Shown: in pieces, positions 25,740-39,878 of the stretch | How positions within the stretch are numbered: position 1 is the stretch's first letter | Layout of the letters: each line of letters begins with the position of its first letter | Assembly (NCBI GenBank): GCA_964016885.1 | Contig: OZ024742.1 | Coordinates: 134,478,001-134,542,000 of the forward strand | Source: Eledone cirrhosa | Taxonomy: Eukaryota | Length of the DNA: 64,000 nt | Reading direction: 5' to 3' | The notes under the pieces: generated by a model | What the model was told of the DNA's origin: nothing | What the model saw: the letters and a program-made list of their open reading frames with translations, nothing else | The model's database searches: none | Translations under genes and position numbers: made by a program

Positions 25740-27170
25740 TGGTGAATGTCAGCCTCGATGCAGCGATCTTTGCAGCCTCCGTCTTGGACGTGCGGTCAAT
25801 TCGCCGCCAGGTTCAGGTGACCCCCAAAGAGGATGTCCTCATCCTCGGGTCACCGATCCACCCACCGGCCATCCGCTCCACCATCAGGTCCGGGCTTCAA
25901 CAGCTCCAGACTCTCACGAGCCGACTGGGCTTGATTGGCGGCCATCCTGCTCTTTTTCTGCTGACGAACTGCTTCGCCATGCCGAAGCTCCTCTATACAC
26001 TCCGCAGGGCTCCGTACTGCACCCAGACATCTCTCCTCGCTGACATCGATACTTGTATCCGAGCAGCAGCCTAGGGGATATGCAATGTCAAGTTTGACGA
26101 CATAGGGTGGCAACAGACCACTGTACTTCTCAGTTATGGCGGCCTTGGCATCCGGTCCCCGATCTCACTAGCTTTGCCGGCGTATCTTTCGTCGGTAACC
26201 TCCTGCCGCGTCCTCGTCAGCGGGGTTTTTCAAAACACAACAGAACCCTCTGTGTTCACAGAAGGTGAGGTCGCCTGTGAGACGTGAGACCGACTGGGAC
26301 TTAGCCCAGTAGACGTCCTTGTTCCTTCTCCCCCTGTTTAACTGAAGACCCCCAACGCACTTGGGATGCCACCAGTGCAGCCTGGCCTCAGACAGGCTCA
26401 CGCGCCACCTCGAGCAGCACCGCCTTGCTTGTTTTCGTGCGGCCTCCAAACCCTACAGTGGTGCCTGGCTCCATGCCCTGCCCTCCTTCTCCACTAGTAC
26501 GCAGCTAGACAACCATAAGCTTCAAATAGGCGTTTCCGTAAGGTTCGGCTTCCGGATATGCCAGCCACACCATTGTAGCTGCGGTTCCACCGTGGATACT
26601 TTCTGCCTCCACTCGCTTTCCTGTCGCCACAGTGCCGGCCACATTCTAGGCCATCCTGCCTTCAACGAGGTCATTAAGCATGGTTTGAACGCTGCAGGCT
26701 TTCCTTCCCAGCTCGAGCCTGTGGGGCTGGATCGAGGGGACGGAAAAAGTCCAGATGGCATGACGATCTTCCCGTTCCGCGGTGTCAAGCCCATCGTCTG
26801 GGATGCCACTTGCACCGACACTTTCTGCAACCGCAACCTGGTGCAGGCTACGACTGACCCAGGTTCTGATGCAGGTCGGGCTGAGGGTGCCAAACGCCTC
26901 AAATACAGGTCGCTCTCAGGCAGGTTTGCGGTTGAACCCTTAGCAGTGGAGACTTCTGTTGTCCTCGGCCCCAGGGCTACCTCCTTACTCACCACCATAG
27001 GGGCTGAGCTGGCCAGCCGCAGGTGTGAGCCCCGCGAGTTGGAGTGCCTTTTCCAGCGCGTCTCACTTGCCCTCCTCAGGGGAAACGCCTTCTCCATTCT
27101 GTCGACCGGGTCTGTGGGTGTGCCCCATCGCGTACCGTTGTAGTTGTTGTATTGAGATACTAACTCATCA
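25740..27170 (+). mobile_element. CRE-clade non-LTR retrotransposon 3' half (restriction-like endonuclease)
   Basis: GAWLHALP, zinc knuckle CSCG..HSLSC, PDG..WDATC..AKRLKY, PLAVET, LFQRVSLALLRGNA. Disrupted by a stop and a frameshift. Confidence 0.85.
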
Positions 27171-27320
27171 ATCCTATACAGAATTATAGTAAACGAGAAT
27201 ATATATACATATATATATATATATATGTATCGAATATGTTATAGAATATGTTATAGAATATGTATAGAATATGTTATAGAATACTATTAGCTTCTCGCTA
27301 AAACAATCTCTATACCTCTC

Positions 27321-27434
<114 letters not shown>

Positions 27435-27443
27435 GTTGTAATA

Positions 27444-27517
27444 AAATGAAAACGAAATTTCATTTCTCACTCTTAGTACGGCACTTGCGTACATATATGT
27501 ATGTGTACCTGTATGTA

Positions 27518-27593
<76 letters not shown>

Positions 27594-27998
27594 TGCTACT
27601 GTACGTCTGTATACATATATGTATGTACGTATACATACATACTTACATTTAAGTAAGTGCCGTACTAAGAGTGAGAAATGAAATTTCATCGTTTTCGGTC
27701 CGCCTGACCAATTTAACTCACTCGATATGCAAATTAGGCTGCTCATCCGTTAATTCTCATAGGGAAAGTATATACTTTCGAATGTTCAACTATCTGACAG
27801 AAGGGTATACGGTGCTGATGATAGCTAACAATCTTGAAACTAGTACATCGTTCCTGTGTCAGTGTTGAACAAAAAGGTGACGTGGTTGCCTTAACACCGT
27901 GCGGTATAAATTCAGGCTGTTCAGTATACAAACGAACGAAGCGGGCGCTATAATATGCGTCCGCTAAACTGATGCGTACATATATGTAAGTGTACCTG

Positions 27999-28082
<84 letters not shown>

Positions 28083-28135
28083 TGCTACTGTACGTCTGTA
28101 TACATATATGTATGTACGTATACATACATACTTAC

Positions 28136-28140
<5 letters not shown>
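27444..28140 (+). mobile_element. Family F retrozyme locus 2 (>1 unit with inverted 5' cap)
   Basis: 27444-27486 is the reverse complement of the unit end. HHR at 27809-27851 reads ACGGTG-CTGATGA..GAAA-CTAG-TA-CATCGT. Confidence 0.85.
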
Positions 28141-28196
<56 letters not shown>

Positions 28197-28199
<3 letters not shown>

Positions 28200-28570
28200 T
28201 AGGAGAAGGAAAACTCTGATTAAACACCTGCAACCCTGATGGTATCTAATGATGTTGACTTGTTCTTCTTTTTGGTAAATATCATATAGGTTAAGAGAGT
28301 GGGACTGGCTTTGTGCAGTGCCTTTGCTCACTATAAAAGCTTCACGGCACAGGCATTGCTTTATATCTGGAGATCTCTCTGCACTTGTCGTCACATGGTA
28401 CCATGGGCCCAGCACTATGTGTCAATAATTGTCACAAGTGTAGTGTTTGTACCAGAGTTTTCAAGTCGCTGGCTGGACTAAAAAGTCACACTCGTTCAGC
28501 GCCACGGTAGGGGTTCTCCTACTTGGATATAAAGTAGTGGCCGTACTCGAAAACGAGTTGGCAGCCACCA
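28197..28570 (+). mobile_element. Short non-autonomous RTE derivative
   Basis: RTE-like 5' motif ctaggagaaggaaaactctg joined to a 3' end encoding [21 protein letters not shown] (C2H2 finger). TA-flanked. Confidence 0.55.
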
Positions 28571-28583
28571 TATATAAATATAT

Positions 28584-28738
<155 letters not shown>

Positions 28739-28797
28739 CGTGTATGTGTGTGTGTGTGCGTGTGTGTGTATGTGTGTGTGTGTGTGTGTGTTTGTGT

Positions 28798-31264
28798 ATT
28801 CTAGGACGGTTAAACTTCCCTAGATCCATGGACGAGTTCTCACCAGCGGTCTATGTCCCTCATTATCGCTGCCTTGTCCTGCGTCTCCATCTGACCAGTG
28901 TCTGTCATTAGGGCATCAACATACGTTAACTTAGGTCCTCCTCTTCCAGTGTGTCCATGTAGGGCCTCGCACAGGAGCACTGAGTGCAATGTAAACTCTG
29001 GATATCGGTGAGCATGTCCAGCAAACCTCAGTCTCCTCTGAGTTTTTCATCCTCAGTGTATACTGATTAATGTTCAGAGCCATCCTCAGCATTCTCGTGT
29101 ATCACCCATCCACCAGCTGAGTGAGTTTCTTGGTCAGTGTGTAAATCTCAGACCCGTACAGCAGCACAGACTCCACTATAGCAATGAAGAGGCGGATTTT
29201 GAGGTATTTACGAAGATCCGACTGCCACACCGATCTCAAGTTGTGACACGCCGCCCATGTTTTGTTTTTCCTATAAACCACATCATCTTCCGTATTCCCA
29301 ATCTTTGCTCCCAAATACAGGAAGTTCTCAACCAATTCTAGCGGCTTCCCGCCTACATTAGTGATCCCACCTGGCTTCTCAACATTCTCTACCAGATATT
29401 TTGTTTTAGTCTCATTCATTCTCATCCCCACACTCATCGACACAGTCGCAACCTCCCGCATCAAATCCTCTGCCTCCTTCCCTGTAATTGTCACCAAAAC
29501 TATCTCGTCGGCAAATTCAGCATCCGATATATTTTTCGCCTTAACTATCCTGATCTGAGCCGGTGCTACAGTAAAGCCATAATACTGGTGTTTCTCCAGG
29601 GCAAGGCGCATACGATGATAAATAGGTAGGGCGCCAATGTATCTCCCTAGAGCAATATCTCAAAGAACTCTGTCATCCCATCAGGTGTTATGACTGTAAA
29701 ATCTTCATCAGGCAGTGACGGTCTACAGTATCAAAGGCCTTCCTAAAGTCAATGTAAACCATGACCGCAGGAAGGCACTTTGCTCTAGCTCCCTCTAATA
29801 TCCACTTCAGCATCAGTATGTGACTGGTGGTTGATCTTCCCTCTCTGAAGCCCTTCTGGTTGTCCCTGAGCTTCTTCTCCATCTCAGCATGGATCCTGTT
29901 AAGAATCATCCTGTTGAGGATCTTTGCCACAAGTGACGTCAGTGAGTTCCCCCTATAGTGGTTGGTATTAGAGAGATCTCACTTCTTTGGCACTGGGACG
30001 ATGTTACTGATCCTCCACTGATTTGGGGCAACTCCTTTCTCCAGTGCCCGGTTACAGAACCCCAGGCTGATATCGTCAAAACCACACCTCTTCATCACCT
30101 CTGATGCCACTCCATCTTCTCCATGAGCCTTGCCCTCCTTGATCTTCTTGGCTCTCTGAAGCTCCTCTCTGGTGAAGAGCTCTGTCTCATTGTCCAATTC
30201 TTCGAACAGCCGCCTGATCTCCCCAGTGCGCTGGGCTGTGGAGGACGGCCCTCCTAGTAGTGTCCTCAAATTGTCTAGCCATTTCCTCTTCCCATCCTCG
30301 GGCCCTGTTCCCAAGATCTGACTCGAACACCTTCTCTTCCTCTCTGTGATCTCTTTGATGATCATCCAGCTCTCCTTACATCCAGACCTGTCAACCGCTC
30401 TCTCCCCACTTCTGATCATCTCTATCAGTCCTCCTCTCTGGCCTCAGTGTAAGCGGTACAGAGTTCTTCCCTCATCACTTCCACAGTCTCCATCCTCTCC
30501 TCCGTAGGATCAGCATAGAATTGGTCATTGGCAGCTTTCAGGTGTTCTTTGGCTGCACACACTTTTGGGTGACGTGCTTCCTTTTGTTCTTTCTCCTCGG
30601 CACCAGGGTCTTACTTGCTTCCGCCACTGCATTGGTGAAGTGCCCGTACCTCCTCGTCACACTCTCCTCAGTCCATCCAATCTCTCTCTCCTCTGACTCT
30701 CCACAAAGAGCACTGAACCTGTTACTCACTTGCACTGTGAACCTCTCTAGTAGCTTATCATCTTCCTTGAAAGCTCACAGTCATAGATTCTTCTCCGGGG
30801 CTGAGCCTTGCTCTTTCTTATGCTCACCCGGACCTCACTCATAACAAGCCGGTGATCACTACCCAGTGTACTGAAATAGTTGTATAGTTCTGTGATCAGA
30901 ACACTATTCCGCCACATTTTCCTCACCAGAATGAAATCAATCTGGGACTTGGACAGGTGTATATCTGAGATGTAGTCCACATCTTCCCTGGATTCTTCCT
31001 AAACCTTAGGTTGGTCGCTATTAAGTTCGCCTCCAGTAGGATGTCTCTCAGTAGTCTTCCATTTCGGTTGGTGTTGTTTTGGATGTACCAGCAAGGATCT
31101 TCACTGCCCTCATTACTCAGATGTGCATTGAGTCCCCCAAAACAAGCAGGATGTTGTGTGCTTGTGTGGGATTGACAGCTCTACACACCTCCTCTTCTGC
31201 ACTCACATCACTGTCTCCCTTGATTGGACTATAGGCTGAGATGTCTGTCAGACCTGGGTTTCCG
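28798..31264 (-). mobile_element. Second, degenerate copy of the RTE family at 1-2693 (includes 3' end)
   Basis: High nucleotide similarity to 1-2000, with multiple frameshifts and deletions. 5'-truncated within APE. Confidence 0.93.
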
Positions 31265-31278
31265 CGAGTGTGTATGTA

Positions 31279-31329
<51 letters not shown>

Positions 31330-31335
<6 letters not shown>

Positions 31336-31517
31336 ATACTTTGGGAGGGTCATGTTGCCAATAAGAAACACACGCACCAGTTGCTTTCACTTCAATTTAT
31401 TATATATTTATGAATTTATAAATTCACAAATCTACAAATTTATAAATTTCTGGTTCGTTGGTTGGTTCCACAACCAGATAGTTGTTTATATATAGTCATA
31501 GTCCTTTCGTCACACAC
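31330..31517 (-). mobile_element. Family H pLTR fragment
   Basis: Matches ~14950-15100 and retains only the 3' half of the HHR (GAC-GAAA-GGAC-TA-TGAC). Confidence 0.75.
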
Positions 31518-31562
31518 GTGGGGTCAGTTACAGACACATCTATGTGGTATTTCGAACTGAAT

Positions 31563-31697
31563 CTCGTTGATAATGCGCACTCCTAGTTCAGTCAGGATAC
31601 GAGAAACTTAACATCCTTTATGTAAGTGGACAGTAAATGACTTATGGAGCCGCAGAAACCCCAACACTGGACTTTACCATCATTAGAGGGGTCCGGG
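31563..31697 (+). ncRNA. Hammerhead with U3-A8 core and large stem II (family J)
   Basis: CTCG-TTGATAA-TGCG..CTCC..GGAG..CGCA-GAAA-CCCC..GGGG-TC-CGGG: GUC triplet. Confidence 0.82.
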
Positions 31698-31933
31698 TGA
31701 GTATAAAACATTTATGCTTTCATATATTTTTATATCTGTATATCTGTTTGACCCGAAATAGGAGATCGAATCTTCGCTGTGTGGATAATTAGTTTAACCA
31801 CCATTTCAGTGTGTTTGGCCTTTAACGTAAGTTGTAAGCGCTAATTCTTTTGAATTATTGAGCGCTTGCCTCACAATTCGAAAGTGCTCTTTCGTTATTT
31901 CATAGGCTGAAATTCGATTCTCGATAATTTTTA

Positions 31934-31974
<41 letters not shown>

Positions 31975-31979
<5 letters not shown>

Positions 31980-32457
31980 TAACAGATTACATTTTAAGCA
32001 AAGAATCGCTGCTTTCACCCTTAACCGGATCTGCTAGAACTAAAAAAATCAATCTGTGAACGCAGAAGTAATTATTTTGAAAAACGTTGCAACCGAAGGA
32101 AGACAGGAAGACGATACATAGGTTCGTGGAAACGTTCCCTGGCAAAAAACGAGAAAAAACGAAGATAATACGTCATTATTTGGAGCTGTGAAGACAATTA
32201 CACGCAAAGACAAAACCACGTTTATGGTATAAATGAAGTCGTAGACTAATATTCTATTAGGTGATTCAGGGAGAAGTTCTCTGGCAATGAACAAAAAAAA
32301 CGAAGATAATACGTCATTATGTGGATCGAGAGAATAATTACACACAAATCACTTATTTTAATAAATATTGCTCTACGAGTCTTATATATTTGATATATAT
32401 TTATCCTGATCGAGCCTTCTTTGGATTTTAGTCTTCAAATGTATTATTATTACTATA
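31975..32457. mobile_element. Family A element, second locus
   Basis: Similar to 2846-3060. Its right end is the reverse complement of 2746-2850. TA-flanked. Confidence 0.7.
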
Positions 32458-32477
32458 CATATATATAATTATTATAC

Positions 32478-32546
<69 letters not shown>

Positions 32547-32553
<7 letters not shown>

Positions 32554-33111
32554 CAAATGGAAACTATATTGATAAAACCATATTCATTTCATTATACATA
32601 TTTCAAGGACCACCAGAGCAAACTATGGTGCGCTTTCATGAGATAAAATATAATATAGGTTAGTTTTATAAATAAATATTGACATACCCTTAAAAAATGC
32701 AACCATTCTGGTTGGAATCTCCTGGCTAATGGAGTTATTAGATTTATTGTTGGCTTATTATGCAAATTAATTTTGGAAAGGTTTAAAAAGAGTATATTTG
32801 AATAATAAACCAACAATAAATCTAATAACTCCACTATCCAGGAGATCCCAACCAGAATGGTTGCATTTTTTAAGTGTATGTCAATATCTATTCATAAAAC
32901 TAACCTACATTACATTTTATCTCATGAAAGTGCACCATAGTTTGCTCTGGTGGCCCTTGAAATATGTATAATGAAATAAATATGGTTTTATAAATATAGT
33001 TTCCATTTGTTAATATATTGTATATTTACTCCAATAATTTGTTGAGTGCTTTATACCAGCTATAAATTAATTTTGCTTGTTGTATCCCAACAAATTAAAT
33101 ATAACCTCAAC
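32547..33111 (+). mobile_element. TA-flanked fold-back element with G5C hammerhead-like motif (family K)
   Basis: Arms 32547-32760 and 32802-33016. TTTTAT-CTCATGA-AAG..CTT-GAAA-TATGTA-TA-ATGAAA at 32915-32976, mirrored at 32587-32648. Confidence 0.8.
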
Positions 33112-33132
33112 ATATATATATATGTGCATTTA

Positions 33133-33195
<63 letters not shown>

Positions 33196-33249
33196 GTGGG
33201 ACAGTAAGAAATCGGAGAATAGACCGTTTAAACACGTTTATTTAAAACA

Positions 33250-33289
33250 GCACCTACGTACGTTTCGCCCAGTTGGGCTTCTCAAGGGC
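33250..33289 (-). ncRNA. Minimal hammerhead with U3-A8 core in a 180-bp TA-flanked insert (33195-33375)
   Basis: GCCC-TTGAGAA-GCCCA-AC-TGGGC-GAAA-CGTACG-TA-GGtGC: palindromic stem III ACGTACGT. Confidence 0.78.
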
Positions 33290-33393
33290 ATAAATAATCA
33301 AAAGTGTTCCTTACATAGCTCGGAAAGAGTTTTGGGGGTTAAATCCACGTCAATGTTCATTGCTCGCAAAAAATAGTATAGTATAAATATATA

Positions 33394-34333
<940 letters not shown>

Positions 34334-34430
34334 AAGCACAAACACACCAGAATGTAACAACCAACTGAAGTGAAAAACACGTGCGTGTATTTTTATCGGC
34401 GGCATGACTCTCCCAAGGGATAACAATATG

Positions 34431-34480
<50 letters not shown>

Positions 34481-36009
34481 GGGGGGGTTCGGGTGTGTGT
34501 ATGTGTGTATGTGTGTGTGTGCGCGTGTGTGTGTATGTGTATGTGTGTGCGTGTGCGTGTGTGTGTGTGTGTGTTTGTGTGTGTTTGTGTATAACCTAAC
34601 CCGAAAACTAGAATTACACAAGCCGCCGAAAAGATGCTTATTTGAAAATACATCAACATAGAAACATGGGAATACCGGTGAGTATTTATTCTTCCACCAG
34701 GACAGTAAAAGAGTATGTCAAAAGATATTAATTCTTCTGCTTTAATCACATGGCCAGAAATGTCAAAAGATAATAATAAAAATCCTATCACTGGAAACAA
34801 GGCAGGGTATGGTGCACAAAATCTATGTCAATTGTAATGTGGGAAGAAGGAAAATATAAATATAATTTCATAAAATAAGAGAGTGTGTGTATGTATGTTC
34901 GAAATAGAGTGTGGGTGAGACATTTATGTCATATTGGCAAATAAATAGTTTGGTAAACAAAGAAGGATCTCGTAGTCTTAAAGTAAAAACAAATAGCAAA
35001 GAAACAAACAAAAATGCAAAAATTACGTGTGACAAATGAACAAGCAACTATATGATACATAATATTTTTTTAAAATAATATAAGTAGTAACATCATATTA
35101 ATATTCATTTCTAATTTAGACACAAAACAGCACTTGGGAGTATATGTCGATTACCAACCAGCAATATATGGCTGTTAATATAAGTTGACATTTGGAAGGA
35201 GAAAATCAAGGTTATTCTTGTCGAGAAATGAAATGTGATCGTAAAGATCCAGAAGTGATAACGTGAGTTATGGTGTATAAAATATAATGATGTTTAAAAT
35301 ATAATGATTCTACCAGGTATTAAAACTGGGATTAGATTTACATTAAGGAATCAATGGAAGAAACACAAGACGTAATACCATAATAAAGTTTATTTAAAGA
35401 GAAAACAAGAGAACTGTTTAAAAACCAAAAGACAACAGGGAATTCTGAAATTCTTGTACGAGAATATCTAGGAAAAATTAATGACATATCCCATAAAACG
35501 GAGGGTTTTCTAATAATGTGAAAGCCATTTTGAAGACCAACATAGATTCAAATTTTCTGGAATAAAATTTGAAATTTATTAATGATATTGGCTCCAGAGT
35601 AGTAATACCTAACTACTGACTCCTATCTGAACACAATGTTGAATCAGTTTGAAAAACATCAAGTAATGATTATATAATATGTAATAAAATTAACTGATCG
35701 TTTCACAATACATCTGATTTTACAATTTAGCGACTGACACAATTCTGTTTCTAGCAAAATCGATTGCACAATATCTTAAAACATTGATGTGAAAACATAC
35801 AATTTGTATAAGTATGTAACCTACGTGGTACGTTACAATGATTTTCGCAATATTATCTCGACTGACCTCTCCAGACTAACAAGTGTAACAAGGTTGGTCT
35901 TCTCAGTATAATTGTCAGAAACAGGAAATAATGCAATTGAAATTCGAAAAGCAACTGCTCGAATTTGGATTATACGATTTTCTGCAGATAACACTGCAAA
36001 CACACATAC

Positions 36010-36108
36010 CTGTAATTTAACGTCCATGTCTACCCAACCCATAATAGCAGAGAGGATTGGAGTAGGCGGACTTTCGTAACAGAAGAACTTTCCATCCTTA
36101 AGAAGCGA
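36010..36108 (-). CDS. Candidate host-gene exon (99 nt, phase 0-0)
   Basis: Acceptor ttccattctgcacag and donor CAG|gtatgt. Encodes SLLKDGKFFCYESPPTPILSAIMGWVDMDVKLQ. Confidence 0.4.
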
Positions 36109-36899
36109 CTGTGCAGAATGGAATTACCTTCTAATTTGTAGGAGTTAACTACATTTGATCTTCATTTATGGCACTATCGTCTGGGGTAGGATAAACATAT
36201 GCTGTATAGGTATTTGGCACTTCATCTAAAACACTTTTCCTTTAAATCCGGCAATGGTATTCGCTAAAGCTGTTTGGTTTCTAAGCTCATCGCGATCTGG
36301 TTCCTTTCAAAAAAATGTTATCGTTCTAATGGCGATTACAGTATTTGTGCCTCAGACATGCTAGGCGGTAATTTGGAAACATCTATAGTTATCCTTGTTA
36401 ACGCCTGCATTTATTTCCACCTCGCATCCCTTCCATGTGGTCGAATTAGGAAATTATTGACGGATGATTCTAATGACATATACGATGTACTGACGCAGTG
36501 CTCCTATGTTCCAGTGTGAACGGAATGCTTACTGACACATCTAATTTCCGGAGAAAAGAATAATTATCGGAAGCTTACAGGACTTAAGAGATGTACTATA
36601 TTAAAGCAATAAATGTACGTTTGGAGACATCACAAACATTATCTATCGCAATTAACATTACAAAAGGAAAAACTTCTCTTTGGTGGTAACTTAAATAAAC
36701 ACTTTTAAAAATTAACAACATTACCATTGCCAGGATAATCGACATTTCTTTTCTGTATACTCTATTTATATATAGCTTTTTACCATTGTTAAATGTATAA
36801 CGGTATTAGTATATTAATCATCGGATTTGTATTAGCTATTACATTTATGAAATATCTATATTGACAATAGCCATATTTACCTAGAAATATAGATGTAAA

Positions 36900-39449
36900 A
36901 AGAACAAGAACAAGCGGAAGAGGCGAGATGCTACCGGCAAGATGTGGGTTTCTCAAAAAAGGTTCCGTGCTCTGGTTTGGAGGGATACTGGAAAATATAC
37001 TATTAAGGTGTGTCGCGAGAAACGAGTGCACATGTGGGAGTGCGGATACGCACAAAGCCCAGGCCGCCTCTAGAAGTAAGGAATTGCCTCTTGAAGGTCA
37101 GGGTGTGAGAAAGGGTTCTGTGTTTAGTGACAGCTTATGCAACAACGTGCAAATACATATCATTTCTTGATGGAGTCATTGCAGCGTTAGGTAAGTTAAG
37201 ACAAAGTCAATACATCCTAACGGAAGACTTCAGTGTACATGTTGGTACTGAACACACGACATGGAAAGGAGTGTCTCGAAGGAAACGCGGTCCCGATCTA
37301 AATAGGAACGGTGAGGTCTTAATAGACTTCTTTTCAGGTAAGGAAATCTCTATAATGAACAATATCTTCTAGCAAGAAGACATCCATAAATCCAAATGGT
37401 ATCAATCGTAATGAGAATAGGGTTCAAAAATTGATTTTGTTATTGTCTTTGCTATCTTCGGTTCGGTGATAGATGCACGTGTTAAGAGGGGGGTTCTGCA
37501 GTATTTTCTACCTAATGCGAAGACATCCCCCAACACTTACAGAACCATCTCAAACTACATAATAAAGTGGGAAGCACTGCTAGATAAGGAAGTCAGGAAC
37601 AGGTTTGCCGATACTATTATATACAAATTCTGAAAACTCGCCGAGCTAAGTAAGGACGTTGAAACAGAGTGAAAACTGTTCAGTGTGGCAGTTTCTACTT
37701 CAGCTGTTAAATGCTGCATGTGAAAGCGGCTTCTCTTGACGCCGGGAGTGGGGAGTAAAACTCAAAGGTCCAATCAAGAGATCAAAGATGTCATCCGCGC
37801 CAAAATGTAGCTTTCAGATTTTAGCTTCAAATACTTACCCTTGCGGTACAAGAAGTCACATAAAGTCGCAGAAAAGACAGTTCAGAAGTGGGCGTACCTT
37901 GGGTTAACTGGAATGAAATTTCTGATTAGCAATGCAAGTGTTCTCGCAGACTATACACTGACTTCGTAATAAGAACTCTTCCTACCCGCCTGATATCAGG
38001 GACGTGTCTCTTCTCCTCAGAGAGATGCATCATCGTGAGTTGGAGAGAATAACTTGCTGCTCTCGTACTCCCTCGTCAGAGGGGAGCGATTAAAGAACAC
38101 AATAGTGTCAAGGACAGAGGCAGCATGAAATTCGACCCGAGATATTATAAGCTAACTCTTGCGTGCCGGATGGCCAGGTCTCCGAGGCAATTAGAGTTAA
38201 TAGCTCCAATTGTCAAAAAGGGTGGCAAGATATATAGCTCCAATATACCGCGGATCTCCTTGTTAAACCTCCCTTACGAAGTATATGATGTTGTGTCAGG
38301 CAAAGCGACGTAGGGATATTGTCTCCAAGCGAGCTGACGAACACTGTTGATTTTTACATGGATGCGCCTCAGTTAACCAAATATTCACATTGCGACATGT
38401 CTTTGAGAAATCGCGGAAGGAATGCCAAATGTTGTATGTTTTAATCATATATCTCGAAATGGCACATGACCGAGTTTCCCGGGATATGTTATAGAATATT
38501 TTTCTGGGAGTAAGCAAACAATGGGCTACTTCTTGGTGCCTTGATGCCTATATACGAATGTTCTTTTGTTTCTTTTTTCATATCTGTTCGTATAAATGGT
38601 GCTAAGTCAAAATTATTCAATTCAAAATAGTGTATATGTTGGCATATTTGCTATATACATTCTTCATGAACAGTATAGACATGCCCATCCAAGTTAGAAA
38701 CAATTTGAAAATAGGCAGTTGCAGGCTGTCGGTTGGAATTTGCGGACGTTATAGTGCTACTTAACTCATCAGAAAGTAATATCCGACATGCATTTTATAG
38801 GCTTGCTGCTGAATGCTGCACGGCAGGAATAAAAGCAGTGCTCCAAAGACTAGGACACATTTTGAAAACAAGGTCTGCACAATGCATCCTACATGCCAAA
38901 GGAATTCCACTGAAGTAAATAGAGAAGGCGGGATGTCCACCGGTTGTGGATGGCAGAAGGTTGAAATGAGTGAAAGAATTGCACGTGGTAGTGCAGTAAC
39001 GTATCAGTTTCAGTATTTTGTTTTTAGAATAAGGGTGGAAATCATGCCAAACTTTAGCCTTGGTCATGATAGTTGAGTAATGGCAGAAAGTATACGACCG
39101 AGAATAGAAGTGGCTGTAGTAGGGACCCTCCGAAGGTTCTTTAGAATAACGTTACTTAATAGTAGCTAGGAGATCAGAGAGTTACCACTACTTCTCGGAA
39201 CTGAGAGATCACAGCTCGTATAATTACTGCATCTGGTTAGAATGTCTATATAAAGAACCGCTGGACAGATTATACGGGCAAAACCAAACGGCAGGAGGTG
39301 GCGCAGGGGTAGACTCCGAGCAAGGTGGCTGAATAATATCCATGAGAGTGGCTGGTCTTACTTGGGGATCCAGCCGGATCAGGTGGAGTCAGTTGCCTAA
39401 GACATGATCCACTGAGGAATTGTTTAAGTATTCTGGCCCTATCAAGAAG

Positions 39450-39480
<31 letters not shown>
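36900..39480 (+). mobile_element. Old degenerate RTE-type LINE
   Basis: APE remnants (EDFSVHVG, DLNRNGEVLIDF, IMNN), RT remnants (PIVKKG..RISLLNLP, EFADVIVLL) and a (GAA)n 3' tail at 39444-39479. Confidence 0.8.
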
Positions 39481-39504
39481 TGTATTTACGTTTAATATTG
39501 TATT

Positions 39505-39878
39505 ATAATTGTTTCTACTACTGGCCCAAGGCCAGAAATTATCCAGTATATTACTGGTACTTTATTTTATCGACCCTTTAAGGATGAAAGGCAAAGTTAA
39601 CCCCGGCGGGATTTGAACTCAGAAAGGCAAGGGCCGTAAATCTATGCGTCACAGCATGGCGTCCGACCCTCTACCGATACTGCCAATTGTATTATAGTTG
39701 TTTCTACTTTTTGTCACAAGGCCATCAATTATCCCAGTGTATGACGGGTACTTTATTTTATCGACCCCGTAAGGATGAAAGGCAAAGTTAACCTCGGCGG
39801 GATTTGAACTCAGTCCGTAAAGGGACGTAACTGTGCTGCAAAGCATGGCGTCCGACCCTCTACAGATACTGCCAATCC
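39505..39878 (-). mobile_element. Two tandem tRNA-derived SINE copies
   Basis: B-box GAGTTCAAATCCC and shared core ctttgcctttcatcctt..gggtcgataaaataagtacc. Confidence 0.85.

Noticed and set aside
39590-39690. tRNA-like B-box
   Set aside because: Part of multi-copy SINE heads with no cloverleaf, so not a tRNA gene.
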